DNA from: Candidatus Latescibacterota bacterium
Lineage (GTDB): Bacteria > Latescibacterota > UBA2968 > GCA-2709665
Direction: 5' to 3'
NCBI GenBank assembly: GCA_965219455.1
Contig: OZ244744.1
Coordinates: 2,816,001 to 2,880,000, forward strand
DNA: 64,000 nt
Under the pieces are notes generated by a model. That model had not been told where the DNA came from. It made no database searches and saw only the letters and a program-made list of their open reading frames with translations. Of this stretch, positions 1-11,850 are shown in pieces (position 1 is the first letter of the stretch; each line of letters starts with the position of its first letter). The position numbers and the translations under genes were made by a program.

Positions 1-3
1 AAG

Positions 4-2385
4 TTGAGCCGTGAATGGGAGCGCATCATGCGCCACGACTTCCGTCCGGTGCTCGAACCCGCGCTGGAAGCCATTTACGCGGTGGAGACGACGGGTAAGA
101 CCGCCGGTCTGGAACGCGCCTTGCATCACCTCGCCGCCGAAGCCGAGCGCATCGCCGAGACATACGCGGATATGGGCGCCGACCACGCGGGACCGCTGTT
201 CAACCGCGTCATGGGCAACCAGGCATCGGATGGCGCGTTTTTTACCAGACCCGTCGCCGCGTCGCTTGCCGCGCGGCTGACGCTGGATGTATGCGGAGAC
301 CAGGATTGGTCCGACCCTGAAGTTTGGAAGCGGCACAAGACCATTGATTTGGCCTGCGGCAGCGGCACTCTGCTTGCCGCTCTGCTCTCCGACATGAAGC
401 GCAGAGCGGCGGAGAATGGCGCTGACACGGAAACCCTGACCCAGCTTCAGAAGTTGGCAGTTGAGGATGTCATCAAAGGATTGGAAATCAATCCCGTTTC
501 CCTCCAGCTCGCTGCGTCCCAACTGACGGCTGGCAACCATAGAGTCAGCTACCGCAGAATGGGACTTCACCAGATGCCCTACGGCCCCGACAGGGACAAT
601 CCCGGCAGGGTACTGGTGGGAACGCTCGAACTGCTGGGGCAGAAGTCGATTGTTAGCAGAGAAGGCGAACTGGAGCTCGGCGACGACGACATCGGCTCGC
701 AGGCAACATGGGCAACAACCGACGACGCAGACCTTGAAGACGCGGTGGACGCGGCGCGGGATGCCCGCATCGTCATCATGAACCCGCCGTTCACCAATCG
801 TGCCAATATGGGCGAGAAATTTCCGAAGGAGACGCAGAACATGCTCCGCGCCCGCGCGGACTCAATGGAGCAGATACTCATTCAGGCTGACACGGACCTA
901 GCGGAGTTCGTTGATAAGAACTCGATTGCGCCTCTATTTGTTGCCGTGGCGGATCATAGTCTTGAGCAAGAGAATGGCGTTCTGACTATGGTTCATCCGA
1001 CAATCGCTCTGAGTAATCCGTCAGGGCATGAAGAACGCCGCATCCTCGCCCAGCGCTTCCACATCCACACCGTGTTAACTTCCCACCAGCCTCAAAATAT
1101 CAACATGAGCCAGCATACGAGCATCAACGAGAGCATCGTTGTGATGCGGCGGCACGCCGGACACAAACAACCAACACGGTTCATCAATCTTGACAGAATG
1201 CCGGTGGACGACGCGGAGATTGGCGATTTTTATCGGTGTCTGCTGGACTGTAAAGAAGGGTTGATGGAGAACGGATGGGGTGAGGTGTCGTACTGGCCTG
1301 CCGAGCGAATCGAGGCCGGCGACTGGACTGCGGCAATATGGCGCTCACCTGAATTAGCGAAGGCCACCATACAATATGCCAGCCTTCGAGACCTGCTGGC
1401 AATAAAAGACTTGCCTGACTACATCGTGCGTCAATCTGGAAGAAGAGTTAGCGAGAACATGGAAAGAGCAAGTCAATTCGATGCAGGTAGCACACCCATA
1501 CTATATGGGAAAGGCGCAGATGCTCAAACGACCATTGAGGGTCAACCCGACGAGTATTGGATTGCCCAAAAAGGACGTGAATCCCAAACAGAACATTACC
1601 TCGAATGGAAATCTCATCTTCTGATAACGGAAGGTCAACGTAACAACACAGCGCGACTCACGGCTGTCGCTGCAAACGAAAAATACATTGGCGGCGGATG
1701 GCATCCCGTTACAGGAATGTCTCCTGAAGAAGCGAAAGCTACTGCTGTGTTTATCAACTCCACTCTTGGACGTCTTCAGGTGATGCGAAACGCGGGTCGA
1801 ACCATAGAGTTCCCAATATATCGTCCTGCGGGCATTGAAAACGTCAGAATCCCTGACAACAAGGATGAGCGTATCCGCAACATCCTTGCCAATTGCTGGG
1901 AGCGCACGAAGGACATGGAAGTTCCGCAGTTCCGCGACGGCGAATGCGAAGTGCGCCGCCTGTGGGACGAGGCAGTAGCCGATGCGATGGGCCGGGACGC
2001 GGACGAACTAACTCGCCTCCGCCTGCTGTTGCACCAGGAGCCGCATGTGCGCGGGTTGGGATACGGGCAATACGCCGACGAAATCGACATTGAGCCGGCC
2101 GACCGTGAACGCTTTACGGAACTCGCCGACCTGTGGGAAAATGAAACCGTATTCCTGTCGAATCCAGACCGCATAGCCGAACACCGAGCTCACCGGGAAA
2201 TCGTCAGCATGGGCGAATCGGCAGTGCCGCTGATTCTGCAACGGATGCAGGCGCAGGGCGGGCACTGGTTCTACGCGCTGCGCGCCATCACCGGCGCCAA
2301 TCCCGTAAAACCAGACGACAGAGGCAAGGTTGCAGTAATGCAGCAATCCTGGCTGGAGTGGGGCAAAGCAAATGGATACGCCTAG
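4..2385 (+). CDS. N6-adenine DNA methyltransferase, type IIG restriction-modification-like (5' part probably outside the window), with an extra ~95-aa C-terminal domain
   Basis: Motif I (DLACGSG) precedes motif IV (IMNPPF), preceded by an FFT motif X; a TRD-like region follows; the ORF is open from the window edge. Confidence 0.85.
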   Translation: MSREWERIMRHDFRPVLEPALEAIYAVETTGKTAGLERALHHLAAEAERIAETYADMGADHAGPLFNRVMGNQASDGAFFTRPVAASLAARLTLDVCGDQDWSDPEVWKRHKTIDLACGSGTLLAALLSDMKRRAAENGADTETLTQLQKLAVEDVIKGLEINPVSLQLAASQLTAGNHRVSYRRMGLHQMPYGPDRDNPGRVLVGTLELLGQKSIVSREGELELGDDDIGSQATWATTDDADLEDAVDAARDARIVIMNPPFTNRANMGEKFPKETQNMLRARADSMEQILIQADTDLAEFVDKNSIAPLFVAVADHSLEQENGVLTMVHPTIALSNPSGHEERRILAQRFHIHTVLTSHQPQNINMSQHTSINESIVVMRRHAGHKQPTRFINLDRMPVDDAEIGDFYRCLLDCKEGLMENGWGEVSYWPAERIEAGDWTAAIWRSPELAKATIQYASLRDLLAIKDLPDYIVRQSGRRVSENMERASQFDAGSTPILYGKGADAQTTIEGQPDEYWIAQKGRESQTEHYLEWKSHLLITEGQRNNTARLTAVAANEKYIGGGWHPVTGMSPEEAKATAVFINSTLGRLQVMRNAGRTIEFPIYRPAGIENVRIPDNKDERIRNILANCWERTKDMEVPQFRDGECEVRRLWDEAVADAMGRDADELTRLRLLLHQEPHVRGLGYGQYADEIDIEPADRERFTELADLWENETVFLSNPDRIAEHRAHREIVSMGESAVPLILQRMQAQGGHWFYALRAITGANPVKPDDRGKVAVMQQSWLEWGKANGYA

Positions 2386-2824
2386 ATGGGCGCAGATGCT
2401 CATCGAAGCATTCCCCAATCTGTCCGAAGAGGACTTTGATATCGTAGAGCAGTCCTCGGAACGGTACAATTGCATCGCATACGCCGCTGGAGACGTCACC
2501 GAATGGTGGTGGCCCAACGCAAATAGCTACTGGCCTCCATGGGCGACGGACGACAACAGGATAGAGAGCCTGAAGGAAGTGTTCGCCGGATTGGACTACG
2601 AACAATGCGACGACAGTAAAGCCGAAGATGGCTACGAAAAGGTCGCGTTATACGAAATCCAGGGCAGATTTGAACATGCGGCAGCGCAGATGCCCAACGG
2701 ACGCTGGCGCAGCAAAATGGGAAAAGGCCCTGTGATAGAACACCTCAGCCCTGAGTCGCTTTCCGGTGGAATGTACGGCAATCCGACAATCTACATGCGA
2801 AGAGCGCTCAACGCTCCAGTTTGA
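2372..2824 (+). CDS. Conserved hypothetical protein, DUF7689-like (YNCIAYA...EHAA...WRSKMG), possible papain-like Cys/His fold
   Basis: 150-aa ORF overlapping the upstream stop; motif pattern recalled from this family. Confidence 0.6.
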   Translation: MDTPRWAQMLIEAFPNLSEEDFDIVEQSSERYNCIAYAAGDVTEWWWPNANSYWPPWATDDNRIESLKEVFAGLDYEQCDDSKAEDGYEKVALYEIQGRFEHAAAQMPNGRWRSKMGKGPVIEHLSPESLSGGMYGNPTIYMRRALNAPV

Positions 2825-3051
2825 GAAACCCTGAATCTCAGACGCGGACCACAATTTCGTGACGAATCGCGCAACTGACGTGTTTACTGGTCGGCGGTTG
2901 ATGGGGCGGCGCAGAGCGAGTAGAAGAAAGAGGTGGCAAGGGGCGGAATCACGCACCGGAAGGCGCCGATGCGAAAGGCGAATTGTCTCGCAGTTTCGTC
3001 ACTTGATCGCGGAACAGCCGGAAGATAAATCGGACGGGCGTAACCGACTCC

Positions 3052-3090
3052 AAAAAGAAGGGCCGTGTGACTCACACGGCCCTTCTTTTT
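3052..3090. terminator. Bidirectional intrinsic terminator
   Basis: AAAAAGAAGGGCCGTGTG-ACT-CACACGGCCCTTCTTTTT: perfect stem with A-tract and T-tract flanks. Confidence 0.8.
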
Positions 3091-3243
3091 GGGGAAAGCG
3101 GAGCGGAGAAACTCAGGAATATCGGGTGGGACATCGAGAATGTGGTACGCCTGACGATTTCCGATTTCACCAGTTCGGGATATATACAACAAAACTGTTG
3201 TATGTTAAATTTGCATCAGTCTCATCCCAAAAAGGAGCTGGCG

Positions 3244-3540
3244 ATGAACTCAGCAACTGGCCGTTGGGTAAGCGGCGAAGACTTTTTCAATCGTGATGGT
3301 GAATTGCAAATACTGGAAACTCTGGTCCGAGAACGCAACCACGTGTTGCTTACTGGACAGCGGCGAATGGGAAAGACCAGCATCGTAAGGGAACTCGGAC
3401 GCAGGCTCGAAGACGACGACGATGGTCACCGCTTTGCTTCACGTTTGCTGAAAGATTGGTGGACGGCCCGCTTCCGAGATCATCATATCCCCATCCGACG
3501 CCGGTTTACTGACAATAATTCGGGGGAGATAACCCAATGA
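3244..3540 (+). pseudogene. Internally deleted AAA/P-loop ATPase
   Basis: AAGGAG RBS; N-terminal FFNR..E and Walker A GQRRMGKTS are joined almost directly to a C-terminal FASRLLKDWW motif; only 98 aa, no Walker B. Confidence 0.7.
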
Positions 3541-6314
3541 CCGGATCGAAACCAACGAATCAGACCGTCAGTCGCCCAATCCGAAAATTCAATCCGGGAA
3601 CGTTTCAATCCGACGAAGAGGTGATCGAGCAGTTCGTCGTTCGCAAGCGCGAACTTGACACCGTACTCGAGGTCCTCCGTGGAAACGTTGACTCGGCGTC
3701 GTGCCAGCACGTCATGGTTGTGGGCCCTCGTGGTCGCGGAAAAACCATGCTCCTGGTCCGTACCGCCGCAGAATTGAGAACTGACCAGCAACTCGCGAAA
3801 TGCCTATTCCCGGTGCGGTTCATGGAAGAGAGCCAGGAGATCTTCAACGTCGCCGATTTCTGGCTAGAGACGCTGTTCCATCTGGCAAGGGAGGCTGCGG
3901 AACATCATCCATGCCTATCACGGGATCTGCGTGAGACATACGGCGACCTGTCTTCCCGTTGGCGTGAACAATCGCACGAGGCGCTCGCCCGCGCCGCCGT
4001 TCTGGAGGCAGCGGATCGGCTGGACAGGAAACTCGTGCTCATGGTCGAGAACCTGCAATCGCTATGCGAGAACGTGGACGAGGATTTCGGCTGGAAGCTT
4101 AGAGGGGCGCTTCAGTCGGAACCCCAGGTCACGTTGCTTGCCTCCTCAACGAGTCGATTCGAGGGTCTGGACGACGCGGAGCAGCCCTTTTTCGAACTGT
4201 TTCGAACCATCAATCTGCAACCGCTGGCAACGGAAGAATGCCGCCTTCTCTGGAATGTCGTGAGCGGAGATAGGGTGAGTTCTCGGGAGATCAGGCCGCT
4301 CCAGATCCTGACCGGCGGCAACCCACGCCTTCTGGTTATCATTGCGGAGTTCGCGAGGCACAGATCCCTGCGCCTGCTGATGGAAGAACTCGTTACGCTG
4401 ATTGACGAGCACACGGAGTATTTCCGCGGACACCTGGAGGTTTTTGCGAAGACCGAACGGCGTGTTTACATCTCGGTGATAGACCTCTGGCAGCCGTCGA
4501 GCGCCGGCGAGATTGCGGCGCGCGCCCGCATGGACATCCGAAAAGTATCGACAATGCTAGGAAGGTTGGTCGAGCGGGGCGCGGTCATCGTGGAGGGCAG
4601 TGGCAGGAAAAGACTGTACGCCCCATCCGAGCCGCTCTACAGCATCTATTACAAGCTGCGGCGCGAACGCGACGAGGCCGCCATAGTGGAGAATCTGATT
4701 CAATTTATGGTTGCGTTTTACGACATTGGCGAGTTGGACCGGATTCGTGAACAGTTATACTCCGAGGCAATCGGTTCAGATGTCATTCACGCCGGATTAG
4801 ACCGCGCGCTAGCTAAAATTCCACCTGCCGACGACAGTCGCTCCGAAAAGAAATGGGATTTCGTTAAAGACGCTACGGTTAAGGTTGAGATCTATCATCA
4901 AGAAATGGCTGAAAGACGGCTTGACGAAGATATCGAGGACGCGTTTCAGGAACATGCGTGGCAGAGAGTCATCGAAATCGCGGACGAGGTGTTCACGTCC
5001 CCGAACGCAGAATCGCGGCAACTGTCAGAAGTATTCATCGCCCGCATTTTGCATGCGAAGGCCTTCGCTTACGAGCAACTTCGAGATTTTCACGCGGTTA
5101 TCGCAGCGTGCAATGAGCTGGTCAAGCGCTTTGGCGAAAGCGGTGAGCCGGAAATTCGGACGCGGGTCGCTGCTGCGTTGTTGGATAAGGGGAGAGCGAA
5201 ACAACATTTGGGCGATACGGAGGGCGCCGCTGTATACTACGATGAGGTCGTAACGTGCGGCAGGGAAACCAAAGTACCAAGTCTTCAGTGGTTGGCCGTA
5301 CCGGCATTGCATTACAAGGGAGGAGCAAGAAAGGAACAGGGTGATCTGCAGGGCGCCATTGCGGCGTTCGACGAAGTGGTCGAACTCTATGGCGAAAACA
5401 ACGTGCCGGATCTTCAGTTTTGGGTTGCAGCGTCGTTGGTCCACAAAGCAGAAGCGATCAAAGAACAGGGCGATACGGCCGGAGCCGTTGCATTAAACAA
5501 CAACGTGATTGAACGCTACGCTGACAGCACCATTCCGGAGGTCCAGGAATGGGTTGCCGCCGCTCTGATCGACAAGGGTAGAACGGAAACGCAACTAGGC
5601 GATTTGGAGGGAGCCGTTGCAAACTTCCAGGAGGTGGTCGAACGATACGGCGACGGCGATGCGTTGGGTCTTCAGAAGTATATCGCCGGGGCGTTGATCG
5701 ATAAGGGAAGAACGAAAAAGGAATTGGGTGATGCGGAGGGAGCCATTGCGTCGTGGGACGATATGGTTGAGCGTTATGGTGACAGCGATGTATCGGATCT
5801 TCAGAGGTTTGTTGTCGGGGCGTTGGTCGACAAGGGAAGATGCCAGGCCGAAATGGGTCGTGCAGATGAAGCGCTGCGCGTGTGTGAGCAACTCGAAAAA
5901 AGAGTCCACGCTCTGCCTGATAATGGGAGCGGCCAAATTGTGTGGCAGGCACGGTGTATACGGGCTCTGGCGCTGATGGTACGGAATGAGAGTGTCGCGG
6001 CTATGGAAGTGTTTTGCTCCGTGTATGCCGCGGTTCCTCCTGACAACGAAGTTGGATTGAACTGGATGCTTTGGATTGTGCCCAACCTGGTCGCTGCCGG
6101 TGCTGAGGAGCGTGAGCTTGTTGCAATCCTGTTGAGTGATCCCGCGAAATCCGCTGCACTGGCGCCCCTCATCGTCGCCCTTCGCGAGCGACAGGGCGAG
6201 ACGGTCCGCGCACCTGCGGAAGTTCGAGAGGTCGCCGGGGATGTGCGAGAACGCATTGAGGAACGCGTAAAGTGTTGGGAGGAAACTACAACAGATTCCG
6301 CGGCCGTTGGATAA
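3537..6314 (+). CDS. STAND-like P-loop ATPase with winged helix and C-terminal TPR-like repeats
   Basis: Walker A GPRGRGKT, Walker B-like LVLMVEN, TGGNPR motif, wHTH (EIAARARM...STMLGRLVERG), ~44-aa repeats AAAL.DKG...LGD..GA. Confidence 0.85.
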   Translation: MTGSKPTNQTVSRPIRKFNPGTFQSDEEVIEQFVVRKRELDTVLEVLRGNVDSASCQHVMVVGPRGRGKTMLLVRTAAELRTDQQLAKCLFPVRFMEESQEIFNVADFWLETLFHLAREAAEHHPCLSRDLRETYGDLSSRWREQSHEALARAAVLEAADRLDRKLVLMVENLQSLCENVDEDFGWKLRGALQSEPQVTLLASSTSRFEGLDDAEQPFFELFRTINLQPLATEECRLLWNVVSGDRVSSREIRPLQILTGGNPRLLVIIAEFARHRSLRLLMEELVTLIDEHTEYFRGHLEVFAKTERRVYISVIDLWQPSSAGEIAARARMDIRKVSTMLGRLVERGAVIVEGSGRKRLYAPSEPLYSIYYKLRRERDEAAIVENLIQFMVAFYDIGELDRIREQLYSEAIGSDVIHAGLDRALAKIPPADDSRSEKKWDFVKDATVKVEIYHQEMAERRLDEDIEDAFQEHAWQRVIEIADEVFTSPNAESRQLSEVFIARILHAKAFAYEQLRDFHAVIAACNELVKRFGESGEPEIRTRVAAALLDKGRAKQHLGDTEGAAVYYDEVVTCGRETKVPSLQWLAVPALHYKGGARKEQGDLQGAIAAFDEVVELYGENNVPDLQFWVAASLVHKAEAIKEQGDTAGAVALNNNVIERYADSTIPEVQEWVAAALIDKGRTETQLGDLEGAVANFQEVVERYGDGDALGLQKYIAGALIDKGRTKKELGDAEGAIASWDDMVERYGDSDVSDLQRFVVGALVDKGRCQAEMGRADEALRVCEQLEKRVHALPDNGSGQIVWQARCIRALALMVRNESVAAMEVFCSVYAAVPPDNEVGLNWMLWIVPNLVAAGAEERELVAILLSDPAKSAALAPLIVALRERQGETVRAPAEVREVAGDVRERIEERVKCWEETTTDSAAVG

Positions 6315-6672
6315 TGAGTCGGGGAAACCGCTGGATTTGCTCGGGATGGTCGGGAATTGTCTTAAACGGTGATTTCGTCTTGTCTACGTCCAACGGGGTT
6401 GACAGTTGTGGATTTATGCAATAGATTTCGGATAGGAATATCCGTTGTGACACGAAGCAAGGCATTTGACGTGGATTATTCACGAAAGCCCGTGCTTTTT
6501 GTTGAATAATTGGCTGTTTTTCGACAATGAAGCGGCAATTCTTGCACTTGTGGAATCGAGTTGATCGTCGTTGTGTGGCGCGGCTTATGGAAGAAGGTTC
6601 GTTGCCGTCGTTCATATCCGGGAGCACTATTCCCGCATTTGGTCTTTATCCTGTTTATCCTGTCCATCCATG

Positions 6673-8651
<1,979 letters not shown>

Positions 8652-8695
8652 TAAGGTCTGTTTTCTGAAATTAACAGGATTTAAGGAGTAACGCC

Positions 8696-8878
8696 ATGCG
8701 CCAGTTTCTTGTCCCGGCCGTCTGCACGGCGCTGGTTTCAATCGGACCGGCCCTTGCCGAGGAAATTGACCACCGCCGAGGGGAAGCGCTCTTGCAAAGC
8801 CGAAGGTGCGGCATCTATCTCTACAGGATGCGGGCCGCCAATTTTTCCGCATCCAAACGAATGATGCTATTGAAATAA
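8696..8878 (+). pseudogene. Probable remnant of a secreted-protein gene
   Basis: AAGGAG RBS and signal-peptide-like start (MRQFLVPAVCTALVSIGPALA), followed by a short unrecognisable sequence. Confidence 0.35.
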
Positions 8879-9052
8879 GCAAGCCGGATGGTTTTAAGGG
8901 GTTGTCGGGGCCGCCACCGATCGGGAGGCGGCCTTTGCCTTTCGATTCCCCCGCCGAATGGGGACGGGGGTTCTGTCTATATTCACGTCGGAGTTACCGG
9001 TACGCATTTCGCCCGGTGGGTCGCCCCGATCGATCAACGAAAGGAAGGATGA

Positions 9053-9958
9053 ATGTCACGATTAGCCGGAATCACTTTAACGGTTCTGATTGCGCTGGGT
9101 ATCCTCACGCCGGTCGGCGCTGAGACGCCTGACTTCTATGCGCACTGGGGGGACGGTAAAGCGGAGATCTCCAGCTATCGCGTGGTGCAGCCGCGTTACG
9201 GAGAGTCGCGCGAGGGCTACGGCGTCCTTATTTTTGTCACGGAAGACCTGAACCGGAATACCTATATCAAGGTCGAATCGCCCACACCGAGTTCGGACAG
9301 GGTCTACGTTCTGAAATTGAACAACGTTTTGAAGTTCACCACCGGCATTTACGACTACTCCGTGATGACCTCAGTTTTCAGCGCCGTTGAGGGTTTCAGG
9401 GGTACGAAGCCGTTCGAACTGATGAAAGTCAATCTGAGTTCGCAGGAATGGTGCGGGCATATATTCGATGAGGTTCGCGTGGCTGACGGCGGGGTGCGCG
9501 GCGCCCTGAACAGTTACTTTGAACGGGAAGGCCTGCGTTCATACAGCCTGGTTATCCCTGAAGGCTTTCAGAGCGAAGACCATCTGCTCATTCAAATCCG
9601 GGAACTCAAAGGCCCCGTGATGCAGGCCGGCGAATCGCGGTCGATCCGGCTTCTGCGCAGCCTCTGGTCATTCCGGACGCGGCACCGACCCCACGCCCTT
9701 GTGGATGCGCGCTTAAGCAAAGGTACTGAGGAGGCGATTACCGTATCAAACAAGAGCTACGAAGCCATTCCATGGCGCTGGGAAACGGACCGGTGGAACA
9801 CAACGGTCTGGGTGGAAACGGCGTACCCTCGCCGCATTCTGAAATGGGAGGACGCGTTGGGCGGACGCGCGGAACTGATGGTGACCGTCCGCGAACCCTA
9901 CTGGCGGCTGAAAACCGGGCAGGACGAAGTCTACCGGCAGCGGCTGGAGATACCCTGA
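9053..9958 (+). CDS. Conserved secreted hypothetical protein
   Basis: Signal peptide, RBS AGGA, motifs WGDGKAEISSY...QPRYGE and SSQEWCGH. Confidence 0.7.
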   Translation: MSRLAGITLTVLIALGILTPVGAETPDFYAHWGDGKAEISSYRVVQPRYGESREGYGVLIFVTEDLNRNTYIKVESPTPSSDRVYVLKLNNVLKFTTGIYDYSVMTSVFSAVEGFRGTKPFELMKVNLSSQEWCGHIFDEVRVADGGVRGALNSYFEREGLRSYSLVIPEGFQSEDHLLIQIRELKGPVMQAGESRSIRLLRSLWSFRTRHRPHALVDARLSKGTEEAITVSNKSYEAIPWRWETDRWNTTVWVETAYPRRILKWEDALGGRAELMVTVREPYWRLKTGQDEVYRQRLEIP

Positions 9959-9980
9959 TCCACCTATTGGAGGACGGAAA

Positions 9981-10730
9981 ATGGAACCGGTCGATCAGGC
10001 GCGTGAAGCCATTGAACAGAGCGATATCAAAAGGTTGGAGGCGTTGATCGCATCGCATCCTGGCCTGCCCAATCTCAGGTCGGAGGACAACGATCGCACG
10101 CTCTTGCATACGATTGCGGATTATCCCGGGCACAAACCGAAGGGCGTGGAGATGGCCCGGCTGGTCGTCGACGCGGGAGGCGACGTGAACGCGCGTTTTC
10201 AGCACGGGCAGGTTGAATCGGTGAAGGAGACGCCCCTGCACTGGGCGGCCAGCAACGACGACATCGACCTGGCGGAACTGCTGCTCGATGAAGGGGCGGA
10301 AATCGATAGTGACGGCGGCGTCATTGCAAACGGGACGCCGATATGGAATGCCGTCATTTTTCGCTGCATAAACGTCGCCAGACTATTGATCCATAGAGGC
10401 TCGTCGTCAAATCTCATGACTGCCGCGGGCGCCGGACGACGTGACCTCGTGGATCGGTTCTTTGACGATGAGGGAAACGTGACGGAACGTGCCGGGGCCC
10501 TGCCCTGCTGGGATGCGCCGAGACCGCCAAAGACGGCGCTGGACAGCGCGTTCGGTTTCGCGTGTCGAAACGGCCACACGACCATCGCCAGGATCCTCTT
10601 CGAGCGCGGCGCCGACCCGGGCTGGGTGAATCCGGCCGGTGAATCCGCGTTTCTTCAGGCGAAACGAGGCAATCACAAGATCGTCGTGGATTGGATGAAG
10701 GCGCGCGGCATCGCGCCGGACGGCGCTTGA
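9981..10730 (+). CDS. Ankyrin repeat protein
   Basis: RTLLH, ETPLHWAA, GTPIWNAV, LLIHRG, LFERGADP ankyrin motifs. Confidence 0.9.
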   Translation: MEPVDQAREAIEQSDIKRLEALIASHPGLPNLRSEDNDRTLLHTIADYPGHKPKGVEMARLVVDAGGDVNARFQHGQVESVKETPLHWAASNDDIDLAELLLDEGAEIDSDGGVIANGTPIWNAVIFRCINVARLLIHRGSSSNLMTAAGAGRRDLVDRFFDDEGNVTERAGALPCWDAPRPPKTALDSAFGFACRNGHTTIARILFERGADPGWVNPAGESAFLQAKRGNHKIVVDWMKARGIAPDGA

Positions 10731-10802
10731 TTACCAATTCAGGGGCAAAGTGGAGTCAACTAAGCGGTTTTTCGAGATTCAACTCTTGTGTTTATTATTT
10801 GA

Positions 10803-10838
10803 TTGACAAACTTAGCATAACTAAATATATTTAGCAAT
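10803..10838 (+). promoter_or_regulatory. Sigma70 promoter (leaderless) overlapped by putative XRE operators
   Basis: TTGACA(10803)-17 bp-TATATT(10826); ATG 7 nt downstream; inverted repeats TTAG-N5-CTAA and CTAAATATATTTAG. Confidence 0.7.
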
Positions 10839-11198
10839 ATGGCAAAGACGGAAGGAAAATTAGGCACGTTTCTCGCGTCGGCAAGAAATAAGCTCGAGTT
10901 GACGCTCCGGGCTGTCGAGGCAAAGACTGGGATCTCGAACGCCTATTTAAGCCAGTTGGAACACGGCAAGATAAAGGCGCCGGCCCCGCAGAATTTGTAC
11001 AAACTCGCCGAACTCTATCGTGTACCCTACGAACTATTGATGGAATTGGCCGGTTATCCAGTGCCAAATGCTGAATCCACCGAAGGTCGTTCATCTATCG
11101 ACAACTTCGCTGCTCGCATTGGAACTGTCACATTGGAAGAAGAAGAAGCACTCGTGGAGTACCTCCAGTTCATTCGATCGCGGAGGCGGAGGCGGTAA
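10839..11198 (+). CDS. XRE-family HTH transcriptional regulator
   Basis: LTLRAVEAKTGISNAYLSQLEHGK HTH. Confidence 0.9.
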   Translation: MAKTEGKLGTFLASARNKLELTLRAVEAKTGISNAYLSQLEHGKIKAPAPQNLYKLAELYRVPYELLMELAGYPVPNAESTEGRSSIDNFAARIGTVTLEEEEALVEYLQFIRSRRRRR

Positions 11199-11482
11199 TG
11201 CGGTGGTCCTATTCAGGAAGTCGTTCGTTTCGTCAATGCCAGCGACAGGGGACATCGAATCCGCTCCACATCAGGCGTGCGGCTGGAAATATGCCCATTG
11301 AACATTGCCTGTCCGATGTTTTTTTGCTTAGCTGTCTAACCTGGACACGCCCGGAAGGTGCGATGCGTCTGCCGATTTCGATCAAGTTATGTGTTCGGAG
11401 TCTATTCGATGAAGCCGCGGAATACGATCAAGACGCCATCGAGTTTGCAAGTGCCCATCTTCAGGAGGAGGTCGCAAAATGA
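11198..11482 (+). CDS. Hypothetical protein or deletion remnant
   Basis: Coupled to neighbours on both sides (TAATG and ATGA overlaps); no recognisable family. Confidence 0.4.
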   Translation: MRWSYSGSRSFRQCQRQGTSNPLHIRRAAGNMPIEHCLSDVFLLSCLTWTRPEGAMRLPISIKLCVRSLFDEAAEYDQDAIEFASAHLQEEVAK

Positions 11483-11850
11483 GTGATTTGAGTTTATTGA
11501 GGGGAGTCTACGCCGATGTGGAAACATACGGCAGCCTGATAGACAGGGTAATTGCGCGGCTGGGTCGCGTAAGGACCGGTCCCCCGGATCGGGATCAGAA
11601 GAAGCTCGGCCAGCTTCTCATTTATGCAAACGATCAGGGTCTAAGATCGGAGTCCCTTGAGGCCCTGACGCTGGATAGCATTCTGCGGTTAAATACAGGC
11701 GAGCCTTTCGACGGCTTAGATCTGAAGCGACTAGGGGAATACCTTCTAAGCGGGGAAGTCGATGCCAGCTATAATAGGCAGCTAGAAACGCTTGCTCAGA
11801 GACTGGAGCAAGAAAGGGCGGAAATTGCGCGCCGACTCCGGAGGCGTTGA
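11479..11850 (+). CDS. Hypothetical helical protein
   Basis: GGAGG RBS, overlaps with both neighbours. Confidence 0.75.
   Translation: MSDLSLLRGVYADVETYGSLIDRVIARLGRVRTGPPDRDQKKLGQLLIYANDQGLRSESLEALTLDSILRLNTGEPFDGLDLKRLGEYLLSGEVDASYNRQLETLAQRLEQERAEIARRLRRR

Noticed and set aside
6527-6650. Excisionase-like HTH fragment upstream of intron 1
   Set aside because: The resemblance (RLMEEGSLPSF) is too short to support
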